DNA from: Spirochaetota bacterium
GTDB lineage: Bacteria > Spirochaetota > UBA4802 > UBA5550
Direction of reading: 5' to 3'
Assembly (NCBI GenBank): GCA_963663865.1
Contig: OY760686.1
Coordinates: 928,001 to 992,000 of the forward strand
Length of the DNA: 64,000 nt
The position numbers and the translations under genes were made by a program. Position 1 is the stretch's first letter. Every line of letters starts with the position of its first letter. This document shows positions 28,152-38,481 of the stretch, piece by piece. A model generated the notes under the pieces. That model searched no databases. It worked only from the letters and a program-made list of their open reading frames with translations, and had not been told where the DNA came from.

Positions 28152-29810
28152 ATGAAAAAAAGAATAGCAGGTGTGATAATGGCAGCTGTTTTCACGCTGA
28201 CAGGTGTAAACCTTTACGCGGATGTTCTCGACGAGCTTCGTTATCTGCCTGAAGCTCCCGACTACATGATCTATCTTGATGCGCAGAGCTTCATCAGATA
28301 CTTTGAGAAAAATGGAATAGCCGCCGGGGATTTACACTATTTATTTGGTGAGAAGGAGGCGGAAAAGTCTGAAAAGCTTTCTGCCGAGTATGGTCTCAGG
28401 GTTGAGGACTTTGAAAATTCCCTTTTAGCCGGCTCAATAAATGGTGATACGGGCAGTTATTTCATGATAGCTCTGGTTTCCCTGAAGCAGGGCCGGTTTT
28501 CGTTTCCGGAAAATTTCGAAGGCAGGAAGATCGAGAGCGAATACGGTACTATATATAAGGTAGATGATGAAAAGGACATTTGTCTTTCGTATTCTGCCGG
28601 AATTATAGCCGGGGGCACCAGAGAGAGTGTTGAAAGATACCTCAAGGCCAGGGCTTCGGGAAAAGCGGAGTGGGCCAGCGGGCTGGGCAGCAGGGCTCTC
28701 AGAGCTTCTAAGTCGGCGATGTACGGATTTATCGGTGTAAACGATTTCATGAAATCAAAAATGGATATGGGGCTTGCCCTTCTATCAACTAAGTTGAAAA
28801 ATATTGAAAAAAATGTTTTTATAAAAGCCCTGTTTGAGGCCAGGTCGCTTGAGTTTGGCGTTGATATTGAGGGTGTTGGAACATCGGAGATTATTATCGC
28901 GGCACGCAGTGAGGCTGAAGCTGACAGGCTTGTTATGCTGAGCAGTACAGTAATTGTAGCTTCAAGCTTTGCTGTACTGTTCGTGGACAAGTTTGCGAGC
29001 GGTTATTCGGGCAAAGGTAAAGAGCTGCTTGACCAGCAGTATTTCGAGAATGTTCAGGAAAGCTTCGGAAGAATATCCGTATCAAGACGGGAGAACAATG
29101 CGGTTATCAGGGCGGAAGGAAGCCTTGAGGCGCAGGAGAAGATGCTTGCTGCTTTAAAAACCAGAATTGAGGAAGAGAAGAACAAGCGCAAAACCAGGCT
29201 GGAGCAGGAGGCGGCAGAGAAGGTTATAAGCGCAGTTAGATCGGCATCAGAAAAGGAGGCTCTGGCAGCTCTGGAAGGGTTGAAGAACATCAATGCTGCT
29301 GACGACAAAGGGAACACTGCTCTTATTGCCGCTGTTGAGTCGGGAAGGATGAAGCTTGTTCAGCAGATAATCAGCAAAAAAGCGGACGTCAATGCTCTGA
29401 ACGAGTCAGAGCGGGACGCCCTGAGCTACGCGGTTGAAATGATGAAAACAGACATCTGCAGGACGCTTATCGACAAGGGGGCGCGTGTTGACAGAGTTTA
29501 CAGCGACGGGTCGGGCCTCATTCACATGAGCGCGGCCGGCGGGAACAGCGAGATTGTTGAAATGGTGGCGTCCAGGCTCACCAGTATTGATGTCAGAAAC
29601 GCCAGCGGTGAAACCGCGCTTCATGTCGCCTCAGCTGCAGGCCATGCTTCCGCAGTCAGGGCGCTTTTAAAGCACGGGGCCGGCCATGAGGCTAAGGACG
29701 ATAATGGCCTCAGGCCGATCGACAGGGCTCAGGCTTCCGGGCATAAGGAAGTTGTTGAGATATTCAGTAAGCGTTTCAAACAGAAACCTGTTGATATCAC
29801 CAAAAAATAA
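28152..29810 (+). CDS. Secreted protein with C-terminal ankyrin repeats
   Basis: Signal peptide; GNTALIAA, GETALHVA, GLRPID ankyrin motifs. Confidence 0.85.
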   Translation: MKKRIAGVIMAAVFTLTGVNLYADVLDELRYLPEAPDYMIYLDAQSFIRYFEKNGIAAGDLHYLFGEKEAEKSEKLSAEYGLRVEDFENSLLAGSINGDTGSYFMIALVSLKQGRFSFPENFEGRKIESEYGTIYKVDDEKDICLSYSAGIIAGGTRESVERYLKARASGKAEWASGLGSRALRASKSAMYGFIGVNDFMKSKMDMGLALLSTKLKNIEKNVFIKALFEARSLEFGVDIEGVGTSEIIIAARSEAEADRLVMLSSTVIVASSFAVLFVDKFASGYSGKGKELLDQQYFENVQESFGRISVSRRENNAVIRAEGSLEAQEKMLAALKTRIEEEKNKRKTRLEQEAAEKVISAVRSASEKEALAALEGLKNINAADDKGNTALIAAVESGRMKLVQQIISKKADVNALNESERDALSYAVEMMKTDICRTLIDKGARVDRVYSDGSGLIHMSAAGGNSEIVEMVASRLTSIDVRNASGETALHVASAAGHASAVRALLKHGAGHEAKDDNGLRPIDRAQASGHKEVVEIFSKRFKQKPVDITKK

Positions 29811-29833
29811 ATCCGGATGAGGGGCTTGCGAAA

Positions 29834-30625
29834 ATGTCGATTTCACAGCAGGAAGTTACAAAGCTGATAACGAAGATCAGGGAAAAGTACAGCGAGTATT
29901 CCTCGCAGAATTCGGGATGGTTCAATCCAGAACCATTCGAGGACAGGCTCCGAATGGCAGTCAGCAACAGGATGAACATGGAAGGCTTCATCCTGGCGGA
30001 GATTGCCAATTTTGAAAAGCTTCGTGAATCATACGAAAAGAAAAAAAAGGGGAACGGTTTCTCAAAGCAGATTCAGAATATAATCGAAGAGAATACCGCC
30101 CGAATAAGAAAATATCCTCAAATTGATTTTCATCCGCGAGCCGGCTTTGAGATAAGCCATTTCTACGGAGCGATGGCCGAGTTTAGTCTGGGCTGTTTTC
30201 CTGTTTTTCGCATCCTTAAAATCAAAGCCCAGTTGAGAGACAGGGCTATTGAGATTGAGAGACAGCTCGAATTCCTCGCGGGAGAAAGGGGATCACGGCC
30301 CTCGCGAAGGATAGAAGATCATGTGATGATTCTGTCAAGAAAGGGCGTCCCTGAGCTCGATATTGAGAGGGATGCCTCTGCCTACTTAAGAGAATGCGCC
30401 TTTGTCCTTCATGATGCAGCTGATCTTGCTGAAGCGCTTATTGAGGAGAGGAGCGATGAATGGGAGTCGCCTCTGAACTTTTCCGGCCTGTATCTCGAAG
30501 ATAGCAGAAAAAAGAAGCTGATGGGGAATTACAGCGGAATGACCGGATACGGAGCCCTCATGTTCATTCGTGACAGAGCTTGTGAAATTATTGAGGACTT
30601 CAGGCTCGGAGCTTTCAGGAAGTAG
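29834..30625 (+). CDS. Hypothetical protein
   Basis: 263-aa ORF with host-like composition, co-oriented with the ankyrin gene. Confidence 0.75.
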   Translation: MSISQQEVTKLITKIREKYSEYSSQNSGWFNPEPFEDRLRMAVSNRMNMEGFILAEIANFEKLRESYEKKKKGNGFSKQIQNIIEENTARIRKYPQIDFHPRAGFEISHFYGAMAEFSLGCFPVFRILKIKAQLRDRAIEIERQLEFLAGERGSRPSRRIEDHVMILSRKGVPELDIERDASAYLRECAFVLHDAADLAEALIEERSDEWESPLNFSGLYLEDSRKKKLMGNYSGMTGYGALMFIRDRACEIIEDFRLGAFRK

Positions 30626-32279
30626 TCTTCTTAATGCAGATTACAGTAATGTCGTCATCCTGGTCAGAGTATTCCGTAAATTCGTAGAGCGAGCCTATCA
30701 CGGAATGGATGATGTCTCTTGACGCGTATGAGGCATTTTCCTGCAGGTTGTCCTTCAGGCGCGTTTCACCGTACATCAGGTCCGCGTTTTTCGGGCCGGG
30801 TGTAGCAGAGGCTGCCTCGGTGACTCCGTCGGTGTAAAGCAGAAGCACATCGTCTTCTTCCATGGTGAATTCATAGTTTCCGTATTGACAGTCCGGAAAC
30901 AGGCCGATCAGGGAACCGTTGCTCCCGATGAGTTCACATTTGCCGGTTTTTGCCCTGTAGAGAAGAGCCGGGGGATGGCCTGCGTTTGAAAGGGTTATTT
31001 TTCCTGATTCCATATCGATTCTGCAGATGATGGCTGTGGCGAAGTAGTACAGGCCCTTCAAATCAGATACAATTGACTCATTTATAAACCTTGCCAACAT
31101 TCCCGGCGGCATCATGGCGGAGGCTGCTGTCTTAACGAGAGAGCGTATCTGGTTTCCTATGAATGATGATGCTATGCCGTGGCCTGACACGTCGCAAAGG
31201 ATAATCTGATAGTTGTTTTTATCAAGGTAGAAGGCGTCGAAGAAGTCGCCGGAAATGTCCTGAGCGGGCAGGTATGAAGAGGCAATATCGTATCCATCAA
31301 GCGAGTGAAAATCGGGGAGCAGTGAGACCTGGATTTTCCTGACCTTGGATACCTCGCTCTTATATCCGTTGTTTATCTTCTCAATAGTCCGTTCAATGCT
31401 GAATCTATTGTGGATAATGCTGTAGAAGTTCGCGAACAGATTGATGATTTTCATGTCATCTTCGTTGAACGTATCATCGTTTTCAAAAAGAACATATCCG
31501 TAAAGCGTGTCAGCCGACACAAGCGGCAGAAGGACCATGTATATATCAATGCCTTTTGTGTTCATTTTCATTTTGACCGGGCGGGGATTTGGCACAAGAC
31601 AGTTGGATATTCGGCCGTATATATCACTGAAGCGCTTGAAAGGCGTGTCCGGTCTGATGGTTTTTGAATAGAGTGTGTTGAAAGTCCCGCCTGAGAACTG
31701 AACAGTCTCAATGTAACCGGCCGTGATTATGCTCTCAAGCATTGAGGCTGACTTGAGAGAATCCTCAATATTCCGAATGGAAATATTCTCTTTTACAATA
31801 TCGTGAAATGTGCTTAGCTTTCTGTTGAGAGAAAGAACCGAGTAGTACGATGACCTGATTTTTGCCCGGTGGCTTATTATTCTGCTGAATATCTGGACTT
31901 TTGATTTGAGCTCAAGCGGGATAACCGGTTTGCGGATAAAGTCGTCTGCACCAGCACTGTATCCCTTTTCTATGGTGCCCTTGTCATCTGATGATGTAAG
32001 CATTATGATGACTGTTTCGGAGAAAAGGTTGTCCTGCCTGAGCATGCGGCACGCATCAATTCCATTTCCATCAGGGAGGTTGATGTCGAGGAGCACTATG
32101 TGCGGTTTAAAAGACTTCACGACAACATTGAATTCAAAGAGGTTTCCTGTCAGCTTGAGGTCAAAATCTGTTGACAGGATTGAGGATATCGCCTCGCGCA
32201 TGAGCATGGAGTCCTCTACGGAAAGAACGCGGAGCTTATCTTCGGGGCCCGGAGATTGAGGTTCATTGTTCATTGTCAT
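30615..32279 (-). CDS. Response regulator receiver fused to SpoIIE/PP2C phosphatase
   Basis: VEDS, LLDINLPDGNG, GADDFIRKP; SGDFFD, CDVSGHG, AGHPP, YTDGVTE, DDDIT. Confidence 0.92.
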   Translation of the reverse strand: MTMNNEPQSPGPEDKLRVLSVEDSMLMREAISSILSTDFDLKLTGNLFEFNVVVKSFKPHIVLLDINLPDGNGIDACRMLRQDNLFSETVIIMLTSSDDKGTIEKGYSAGADDFIRKPVIPLELKSKVQIFSRIISHRAKIRSSYYSVLSLNRKLSTFHDIVKENISIRNIEDSLKSASMLESIITAGYIETVQFSGGTFNTLYSKTIRPDTPFKRFSDIYGRISNCLVPNPRPVKMKMNTKGIDIYMVLLPLVSADTLYGYVLFENDDTFNEDDMKIINLFANFYSIIHNRFSIERTIEKINNGYKSEVSKVRKIQVSLLPDFHSLDGYDIASSYLPAQDISGDFFDAFYLDKNNYQIILCDVSGHGIASSFIGNQIRSLVKTAASAMMPPGMLARFINESIVSDLKGLYYFATAIICRIDMESGKITLSNAGHPPALLYRAKTGKCELIGSNGSLIGLFPDCQYGNYEFTMEEDDVLLLYTDGVTEAASATPGPKNADLMYGETRLKDNLQENASYASRDIIHSVIGSLYEFTEYSDQDDDITVICIKKTTS

Positions 32280-32328
32280 AAACCCGGATTTTAACCTATT
32301 GAGCAAGGCCCGTCAAGCCTAAATAGTT

Positions 32329-33276
32329 TTACTCGAAGTCGAGCTCTGATGACTCTTCTTTCTTTTCATAGAAGACGTAAGAGAGCTCGGCCCCCATTAC
32401 AAAGATAAAACATGTGTACCAGAGCCATATCATGAGTATTACAATTGTTGAAAGAGGGCCAAAAATTGATGAGTAGTCGTTTATCTCTGTAATGTAGTAC
32501 GAGAAGAGCGTTTTAACGAGCTCGTAGATGAAAGAGGCCCATAGAGCTCCCTTAAGCAGCGATTTCCGGTCGATTTTTTTGGGTGGAACGAATCTGTAAA
32601 TAGTGAAGAAGAGCAGAGAATTTATTACAAAATTAGAAAAAGAAGTTAACAGAAAAGGTATTTCGTGCAGGTATTTTATAAAGCTGTTAATCGACGTAAT
32701 ATCATTCAGATTCCGTTCGATGAAACAGATTACAGATGTTTTTTTCGCGAGGACAAGTATATTGGAGAGCACTCCAAAAGAAACAACCAGGGAAGCGATG
32801 CCCAGAATTATACCGAAGTGTCTCAGCTTCGCTCTCCAATACTTGCGGCCCTGGGTTATCCTGAAGGCTTTCTCAAGAACTCTTTCAAAGATATCGAATA
32901 TGAAGCTTGCCCACCAGAATAAAAAGGGCACCCATATGAAGGCAAGATATCTTTTGGAGTAAAGAATTCGGTCGAGCAGACGAGTGATATCGTCGATATT
33001 TACGGCCGGCAGCTGGAGTTTGACGTGGTTCATATAAAAGGCTACCATGTCCTGGGAGTCGAACACATAGCTCATCAGGGATATTACCACAAGCGATGCG
33101 GGTATAAACGAAATTAGAAAAAAGAACGCAAGCGCGCATGTGGAAAGCTCCCCGTCGTGATCGGCGTAGGCCTTTATAATCTTTTGAGGGTACCAGAAGA
33201 AATTGCGCGCTTTGTTAACGGCCTTTCTGGCAAGCTTTACCAGCCCGCTTCTGACTGATGATATTATTTCTTTCAT
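32329..33276 (-). CDS. YihY/BrkB family membrane protein
   Basis: ALAFFFLISFIP, YRFVP, YSSIFG.LS.IVILMIWL, GAEL. Confidence 0.88.
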   Translation of the reverse strand: MKEIISSVRSGLVKLARKAVNKARNFFWYPQKIIKAYADHDGELSTCALAFFFLISFIPASLVVISLMSYVFDSQDMVAFYMNHVKLQLPAVNIDDITRLLDRILYSKRYLAFIWVPFLFWWASFIFDIFERVLEKAFRITQGRKYWRAKLRHFGIILGIASLVVSFGVLSNILVLAKKTSVICFIERNLNDITSINSFIKYLHEIPFLLTSFSNFVINSLLFFTIYRFVPPKKIDRKSLLKGALWASFIYELVKTLFSYYITEINDYSSIFGPLSTIVILMIWLWYTCFIFVMGAELSYVFYEKKEESSELDFE

Positions 33277-33404
33277 CTATGATTCCGGAGTGAAGTGGAT
33301 ATACTGCAATTTTTAATAACTTAACATGAGAGTTCAAGTCTTTTTTTGCGTTGGCGTGAAGTGAGCTCCGGATATACAGGGCCTCTGCGGCCCTGCATTG
33401 TGAA

Positions 33405-34103
33405 TTAGTCGTCGCTTCCTCCCAGCAGGCCTGAACGGATAAGGTAGTAGAGCAGGGTAACAATGGCTGATGCCGCAGCCGCTACATAGGTCATGGCGGC
33501 GGCCCCAAGTACGCTGTTTATTCCTCTCAGCTCAGCAGCTGTGACCAGGCCGCGTGAAGCCAGTATGGATTTGGCTCTTGATGAAGCGTTGAATTCCACG
33601 GGAAGCGTGATGAGCTGAAAAAAAACAACGACGCTGAAAAGGACTATCCCAACCTTGATTAATCCCGCTGCGCCCATAACAAATCCTGCGATAATGATTA
33701 TCCACGACATGTTTGAACCGAAGGAAGCCATGGGAACCATCATGTTTCTCAACATCAGGGGCTGATATGCCTCCCTGTGTTGTATGGCATGTCCTGTTTC
33801 ATGAGCTGCAACGCCAAGTGAAGAAATGCTCGTGCCCCGGTACACATCGGGGGAGAGCCTCACCGTTTTTTTTGCCGGATCATAGTGATCCGAGAGAAAG
33901 CCGCCTGTTTCAACTACATCAACGTAGGAAAGCCCGTTTATGTCGAGAATCTCCCGTGCGACCTGCGCTCCGGTTTTTCCGCCGGAAGTATATTTCTGAG
34001 AGAACTTCTTAAACGTACTTTTCACCTTGAAGGACGAGTAGAGCGAAAGCGCCAAAACGGGCGACATCATTAACCAGTACAGGGGATCCAGTCCAAAAAT
34101 CAT
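33405..34103 (-). CDS. YugP-like zinc metallopeptidase
   Basis: LSDHYDP, AAHETGHAIQ, TLPVEFNAS.RA, AAMTYVAA. Confidence 0.93.
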   Translation of the reverse strand: MIFGLDPLYWLMMSPVLALSLYSSFKVKSTFKKFSQKYTSGGKTGAQVAREILDINGLSYVDVVETGGFLSDHYDPAKKTVRLSPDVYRGTSISSLGVAAHETGHAIQHREAYQPLMLRNMMVPMASFGSNMSWIIIIAGFVMGAAGLIKVGIVLFSVVVFFQLITLPVEFNASSRAKSILASRGLVTAAELRGINSVLGAAAMTYVAAAASAIVTLLYYLIRSGLLGGSDD

Positions 34104-34197
34104 TATATTCCTCCATCTATTTCAAAACTCAAAATTAAAATGTTCGTATAAAGAATGCTTAATGAGTTAGAATTGTAGTGGAGAAAAATGTTTCATT

Positions 34198-34227
34198 AAA
34201 AAAGCGGCCCTGAGGCCGCCTTTTTTT
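34198..34227. terminator. Terminator hairpin downstream of the 34226-35467 gene
   Basis: A6-GCGGCC-ctga-GGCCGC-c-T7. Confidence 0.75.
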
Positions 34228-35467
34228 ACCGTTCGTTATCCCACTGGGTGTTGTATTCAAAGTAGCCTGCTGTCACCTTAATTCGGCCGGACTTGTTGCT
34301 GTTAACAGCGTTCATGTAGTATGTACCCTTGCCGAGCTTGTAATCCCTGAAACCCATTTTTTCGCCGGTTGGCGTATAGTCCCAGTTGCCTCTACCGGTT
34401 GATATTTCCTGTGAAAAGTCAGGGTCCCTGTACAGCTTTATATTGAAGTGCCCCTTTTGTGTCGGATCATTTACATACAGCCGGTAGTTAACCTCAGCTT
34501 GCTTTGTGATGGTAAATTTGAAGTAGTTGCTGCCCGAGTTTGTGGTTGAATCGAAGGCTGTTACGGTAACGCTGCTTCCCTTAATCTCGGTCACTGATTT
34601 TGAACCCTGGTTTGAAGGCTCGTCGCCGGCAGCGTTTTCCCGGATTGATGAAGAGTCTTTTTTGATAATGATTTGCATCTTTGCTTTAGTGCGGTCATAT
34701 CTTTCGTGAGCGCCGTTTACAGAGATATTGATGTGGGTGTATCTGGCTCTGTTGCCCGAGAGGAGCTCTCCCACTTTGAGAGTCTTTAATTTTCCCTGGT
34801 AGAGGGTCTTCCAGACCCCTGAAGATGTCCTTCCGTGAGCGGTTACGGTGTTACATCGACCTGAGACGCATTTAAAGGAGAGTTCGTCGTTATCGCCGAG
34901 GGTTTTGAGGTCGAGGGCCCTGTAGTTACCGCCGGTTTTACTTGTACCTGTTCCGAAGTTCTCCACGAACAGGCCGTCAGAGCTGTCCGACTTATCAGAG
35001 CCGGATGGGCTATTTTTACTGACTGTAATTTCCAGTCTGGCCTTTACGCGGTCGTATCTTTCGTGAGCGCCGTTTACTGAGATATTGATGTGAGTGTACC
35101 TGGCACGTTTTCCCGAGAGGATCCTGCCTGCTGTGAGGTTATCAGGCTTGCCTCTGTAGAGCGTGTTCCATACGCCGGATGATGTTCTTCCATGAATTGT
35201 TACGGTGTTGCATCTGCCTGAAACGCACCTGAAAGAGAGCTCGTCGTTGTCTTCAAGGGTGTCCAGGCTGATTGCCGTGTAGGTACCGCCTTTTTTGTGA
35301 ACGCCTGTGCCGAAGTTTTCCACATAGTATTTTTGTGCCTGGCCACGGGCTGAGATAATCCTGTTGGCAGCCTGATTTGCGAAATTGAATCCGGCTTCAG
35401 CCTCCATGTTTAGCATAATAAAGACTGACAGAATTGAAGCTGCTGCTGTTATCCTGATGAGTTTCAT
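34226..35467 (-). CDS. Secreted protein with two tandem copies of an unrecognised ~103-aa beta-rich domain
   Basis: Signal peptide; VENFGTG...CVSGRCNTVT.HGRTSSGVW...RYTHINISVNGAHERYDR repeated with a 357-nt period. Confidence 0.8.
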   Translation of the reverse strand: MKLIRITAAASILSVFIMLNMEAEAGFNFANQAANRIISARGQAQKYYVENFGTGVHKKGGTYTAISLDTLEDNDELSFRCVSGRCNTVTIHGRTSSGVWNTLYRGKPDNLTAGRILSGKRARYTHINISVNGAHERYDRVKARLEITVSKNSPSGSDKSDSSDGLFVENFGTGTSKTGGNYRALDLKTLGDNDELSFKCVSGRCNTVTAHGRTSSGVWKTLYQGKLKTLKVGELLSGNRARYTHINISVNGAHERYDRTKAKMQIIIKKDSSSIRENAAGDEPSNQGSKSVTEIKGSSVTVTAFDSTTNSGSNYFKFTITKQAEVNYRLYVNDPTQKGHFNIKLYRDPDFSQEISTGRGNWDYTPTGEKMGFRDYKLGKGTYYMNAVNSNKSGRIKVTAGYFEYNTQWDNER

Positions 35468-35724
35468 TGAACAATCCTCCATAGCCTGTATGCTTTTAAG
35501 CCAGGCAGTGTTATTGAGCTGTGATTATTTGGGCTGAAAGATTATGCACCCTCTTTCTGAGGTAGTCAAGCACAATAACGCAAAATAAAGCCCGAATGGG
35601 CTTTTTGTGTGGGTGTGTGAATTTTGAAGCCTGTATAAGCGATGAAATGGGGCGGTCAATTAAGTTTGACATTTATTCCCGACAATAATAGTATGTGAAA
35701 TAATCTGAAATATCGGGACAAATA

Positions 35725-37671
35725 ATGAAAAAACATACTCTTTTGCTTCTTTTTCCGTTCTTTATATCTCTTGCATGTACTTCAGGCACAGTTAAGGAAA
35801 ACAGAGCGCCCTCAAGTTCTGCTTCTGAAAAAACGTCACAGTCGGGCACTTCCACAGTCAATGAGTCGTGGGCTTATTACAGCCTCGGAATCGACCTGAA
35901 GAGCAGGGCGCTCGAAAACCCGTCTTCGCCGGAAGCGGTAGAGCTTATGAAGCAGGCCCTTGTTTTTTTCCAGAAGTCTGAGAAGGGCGGCGAGGCAAAG
36001 GGGCGGGTCTACTTTCAGATTTCTGACTGCTGCTACTACCTTAACAGACACGATGAGTCCATAAAATACGGCTGGATGGCAGTCGAACATGAACCTGAGT
36101 TCACGGAGCCTTACAACAGGCTTTATTCCATTTATATGAAGCGGAAGGACATGAGCAGGGCGGCTGAGGTGCTGGAGAAGCTCCTCTCGGTGAAGAAAGA
36201 CAATGCTTACAATATGTACATTCTCGGTGAACATTACTATAAGTATATGCACAATAAGAAAAGGGCCGCAGAGATTTTTCACCGCCTTGTAGAACTATCA
36301 GGAAAGAATCCTTCGGCCGAACCCTACCTTGAACATGCGTATTACTACCTGGGTTATATGGCTTTTACCTCGGGAGAGGCGGAGAAATCGGTTGAGTATT
36401 TTGAGGAGGTCATGAAAAAAAATCCCGGGAATATCCGGGCTGAGTACCTCCTTGCGATACTGTATTACGAGCTATCCCGTTTCAGCGACGCTGAGAGGTC
36501 GGCGCTCTCTTACATCGATTCTGACCCGGATAATATGGGGGCCGCATCAATAGCCGGCAGGGTTTTGTACGTTAAAAAGGACCCGCGCTGCGTAAAATAT
36601 CTGAGGATGGGAGCGTCTCTTGATAACACTGAGGGCATCATCTGCAGGGCGCTGCTCAGCGAGGTCTATGGAGAATACGCCGAGTCCGCGAAGGAGCTTG
36701 AAAATCTTCTTAAAGCCAGGCCGGGAGATGCGGCTGTTCATGCCGCAAATGCAGCCGTCAAAAAGGCAGCGGGTGATTTGGAAAATGCCTGCAAATCCCT
36801 GATCTCAGCAGGGGTCCTGATGTTTGAAGGCAGAGAGTACGACCTGGCACGCTCTTTTCTGACACAGGCGGCTGATATCGACGACGGGGCCGCCGAGCTT
36901 CATTACTATCTGGGAAGAACCTACGAGGAGCTTTCGGCGCTGTCAATGGCCATTCTGAGCTATAAAAAGGTGAACGAGCTCAAACCGTCAGTTGAGCTTA
37001 TCCTCCATATAGGATATCTTTATGGAGTAAGCAGGGATTACGACAGGGCGTACGAGTATTTCAACTCCGCGGCGCTTCAGTCTCCGGAAAGCGCAAAGCC
37101 CTATTTTATGAGGGGGCTTGTTTCCATCTGGAAGGAGGATTATACCACTGCTGAACAGGACCTGCGGAAGGCCATAGACATTGATTCCGGCAAGGATTCG
37201 CACTTCTTCTACCTTGCTGTCGCGCTTGAAAAAAAGTCTGATTTGAAGGGAGCAATTGACGCCCTTGAAAAGGCGGTTAAGATTAATTCTGATAACGCTG
37301 AGGCAAATAATTTTCTCGGCTATCTTTACGCCGATAATTCCATGAATCTTGAAAGATCGCTTGAACTTGTCGGAAAGGCGCTCAGGGCTGAGCCGAACAA
37401 CGGCGCATTTTTGGACTCGATAGGCTGGGTCTTTTACCGCCAGGGCAAGTTTCCTCTGGCGCTCGAAAAGCTTCTCGAGGCGGAGATGAGGCTCGCAGAG
37501 GAGAACAATCCTGACCCGGTTGTCTTTGAGCACATTGGTGATACGTATCTCAAGCTTGGCGATGCAGACATGGCGGTAAAGTACTGGGAAAGGGCCCTTG
37601 AGCATAAAGGCGGAAAGGAAAAAGCCAAACTTCTGGAGAAAATCAATCAGCACAAAAAACAGGAAAGGTGA
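35725..37671 (+). CDS. Tetratricopeptide-repeat lipoprotein
   Basis: SLAC lipobox; many TPRs; NFLGYLYAD...LDSIGWVFY...EHIGD.Y C-terminal motif. Confidence 0.9.
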   Translation: MKKHTLLLLFPFFISLACTSGTVKENRAPSSSASEKTSQSGTSTVNESWAYYSLGIDLKSRALENPSSPEAVELMKQALVFFQKSEKGGEAKGRVYFQISDCCYYLNRHDESIKYGWMAVEHEPEFTEPYNRLYSIYMKRKDMSRAAEVLEKLLSVKKDNAYNMYILGEHYYKYMHNKKRAAEIFHRLVELSGKNPSAEPYLEHAYYYLGYMAFTSGEAEKSVEYFEEVMKKNPGNIRAEYLLAILYYELSRFSDAERSALSYIDSDPDNMGAASIAGRVLYVKKDPRCVKYLRMGASLDNTEGIICRALLSEVYGEYAESAKELENLLKARPGDAAVHAANAAVKKAAGDLENACKSLISAGVLMFEGREYDLARSFLTQAADIDDGAAELHYYLGRTYEELSALSMAILSYKKVNELKPSVELILHIGYLYGVSRDYDRAYEYFNSAALQSPESAKPYFMRGLVSIWKEDYTTAEQDLRKAIDIDSGKDSHFFYLAVALEKKSDLKGAIDALEKAVKINSDNAEANNFLGYLYADNSMNLERSLELVGKALRAEPNNGAFLDSIGWVFYRQGKFPLALEKLLEAEMRLAEENNPDPVVFEHIGDTYLKLGDADMAVKYWERALEHKGGKEKAKLLEKINQHKKQER

Positions 37672-37677
37672 GAACTG

Positions 37678-38475
37678 GTGTATAGAACTCTTTTATTAAC
37701 GACTATATCCATGCTTGTTTTAAGCGGCTGCGGCGGATCGGCCCCGGTTCGCGCTAATGCTGAGGCCCAGGTCATACAGCCGGAAGGGGCGGCTGAGCTC
37801 ATTCAAAAGATTGAAAAAGCAAACGCCATGGCGCCGAAGAGCTTTTCGGGTGTCTTCAAGGCCGAAGGAACCGCAGGTACAAAGAGATTCACTGCAAACG
37901 CAAAGATACTTTACGAAGCCAGCGGAGACAGGATGTCCCTCAGCTTTACCGACTTCATCTTCAAGTCTCCTATTTCTTCACTTTTCCGGAGCGGCGAGTA
38001 TATTGAAGTCTACTATCCGGCGGAAAGCAAGCTATACCTTGACAGGGTACCGGGCATTAATATCAGAAATTACTCTCCGGTGGATGTTGACTTTGACATT
38101 CTGTATCAGCTGCTTACCGGGAAGGTCCCGCTGATTGCGGACTACACCGTTAAGCAGGCGGCATCAAAGGGGAAAAGTGATATTCTCATTCTCGAAAACA
38201 GCAGGTGGTTTGAGACATTATCTTTTTCAGGAGATTACGCGGAGAGGATAAAGCTGACAGACAAACGAAGCGGTGAAGCCATAGAGCTCTACCTGAGCTC
38301 TCCGGTGGAAAAGGATGGTTCCCGTTTTTACAGGGTGATCAGAATCGTAGCCGCGAAGCCGTCAGCGAAAGTCGACATAGCGTTCAGCTACCTGAAGCTT
38401 AACGGAAAGGTGCCGGCTATAAACCCGATAAGCCGAACCGTCCCCGGAAATGTGAAGGTTGTTAACCTGAGGTGA
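37678..38475 (+). CDS. Lipoprotein, LolB/DUF4292-like
   Basis: LSGC lipobox; beta-rich; follows the TPR gene as in TPR-lolB pairs. Confidence 0.6.
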   Translation: MYRTLLLTTISMLVLSGCGGSAPVRANAEAQVIQPEGAAELIQKIEKANAMAPKSFSGVFKAEGTAGTKRFTANAKILYEASGDRMSLSFTDFIFKSPISSLFRSGEYIEVYYPAESKLYLDRVPGINIRNYSPVDVDFDILYQLLTGKVPLIADYTVKQAASKGKSDILILENSRWFETLSFSGDYAERIKLTDKRSGEAIELYLSSPVEKDGSRFYRVIRIVAAKPSAKVDIAFSYLKLNGKVPAINPISRTVPGNVKVVNLR

Positions 38476-38481
38476 TATCCC

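Noticed and set aside
34658-35323. Diversity-generating retroelement TR/VR pair
   Set aside because: Both copies are in frame in one ORF, the differences are not adenine-specific, and there is no reverse transcriptase
36988-37653. 221-aa minus-strand ORF and other long antisense ORFs inside housekeeping genes
   Set aside because: They are fully antisense to well-supported genes and have no recognisable motifs
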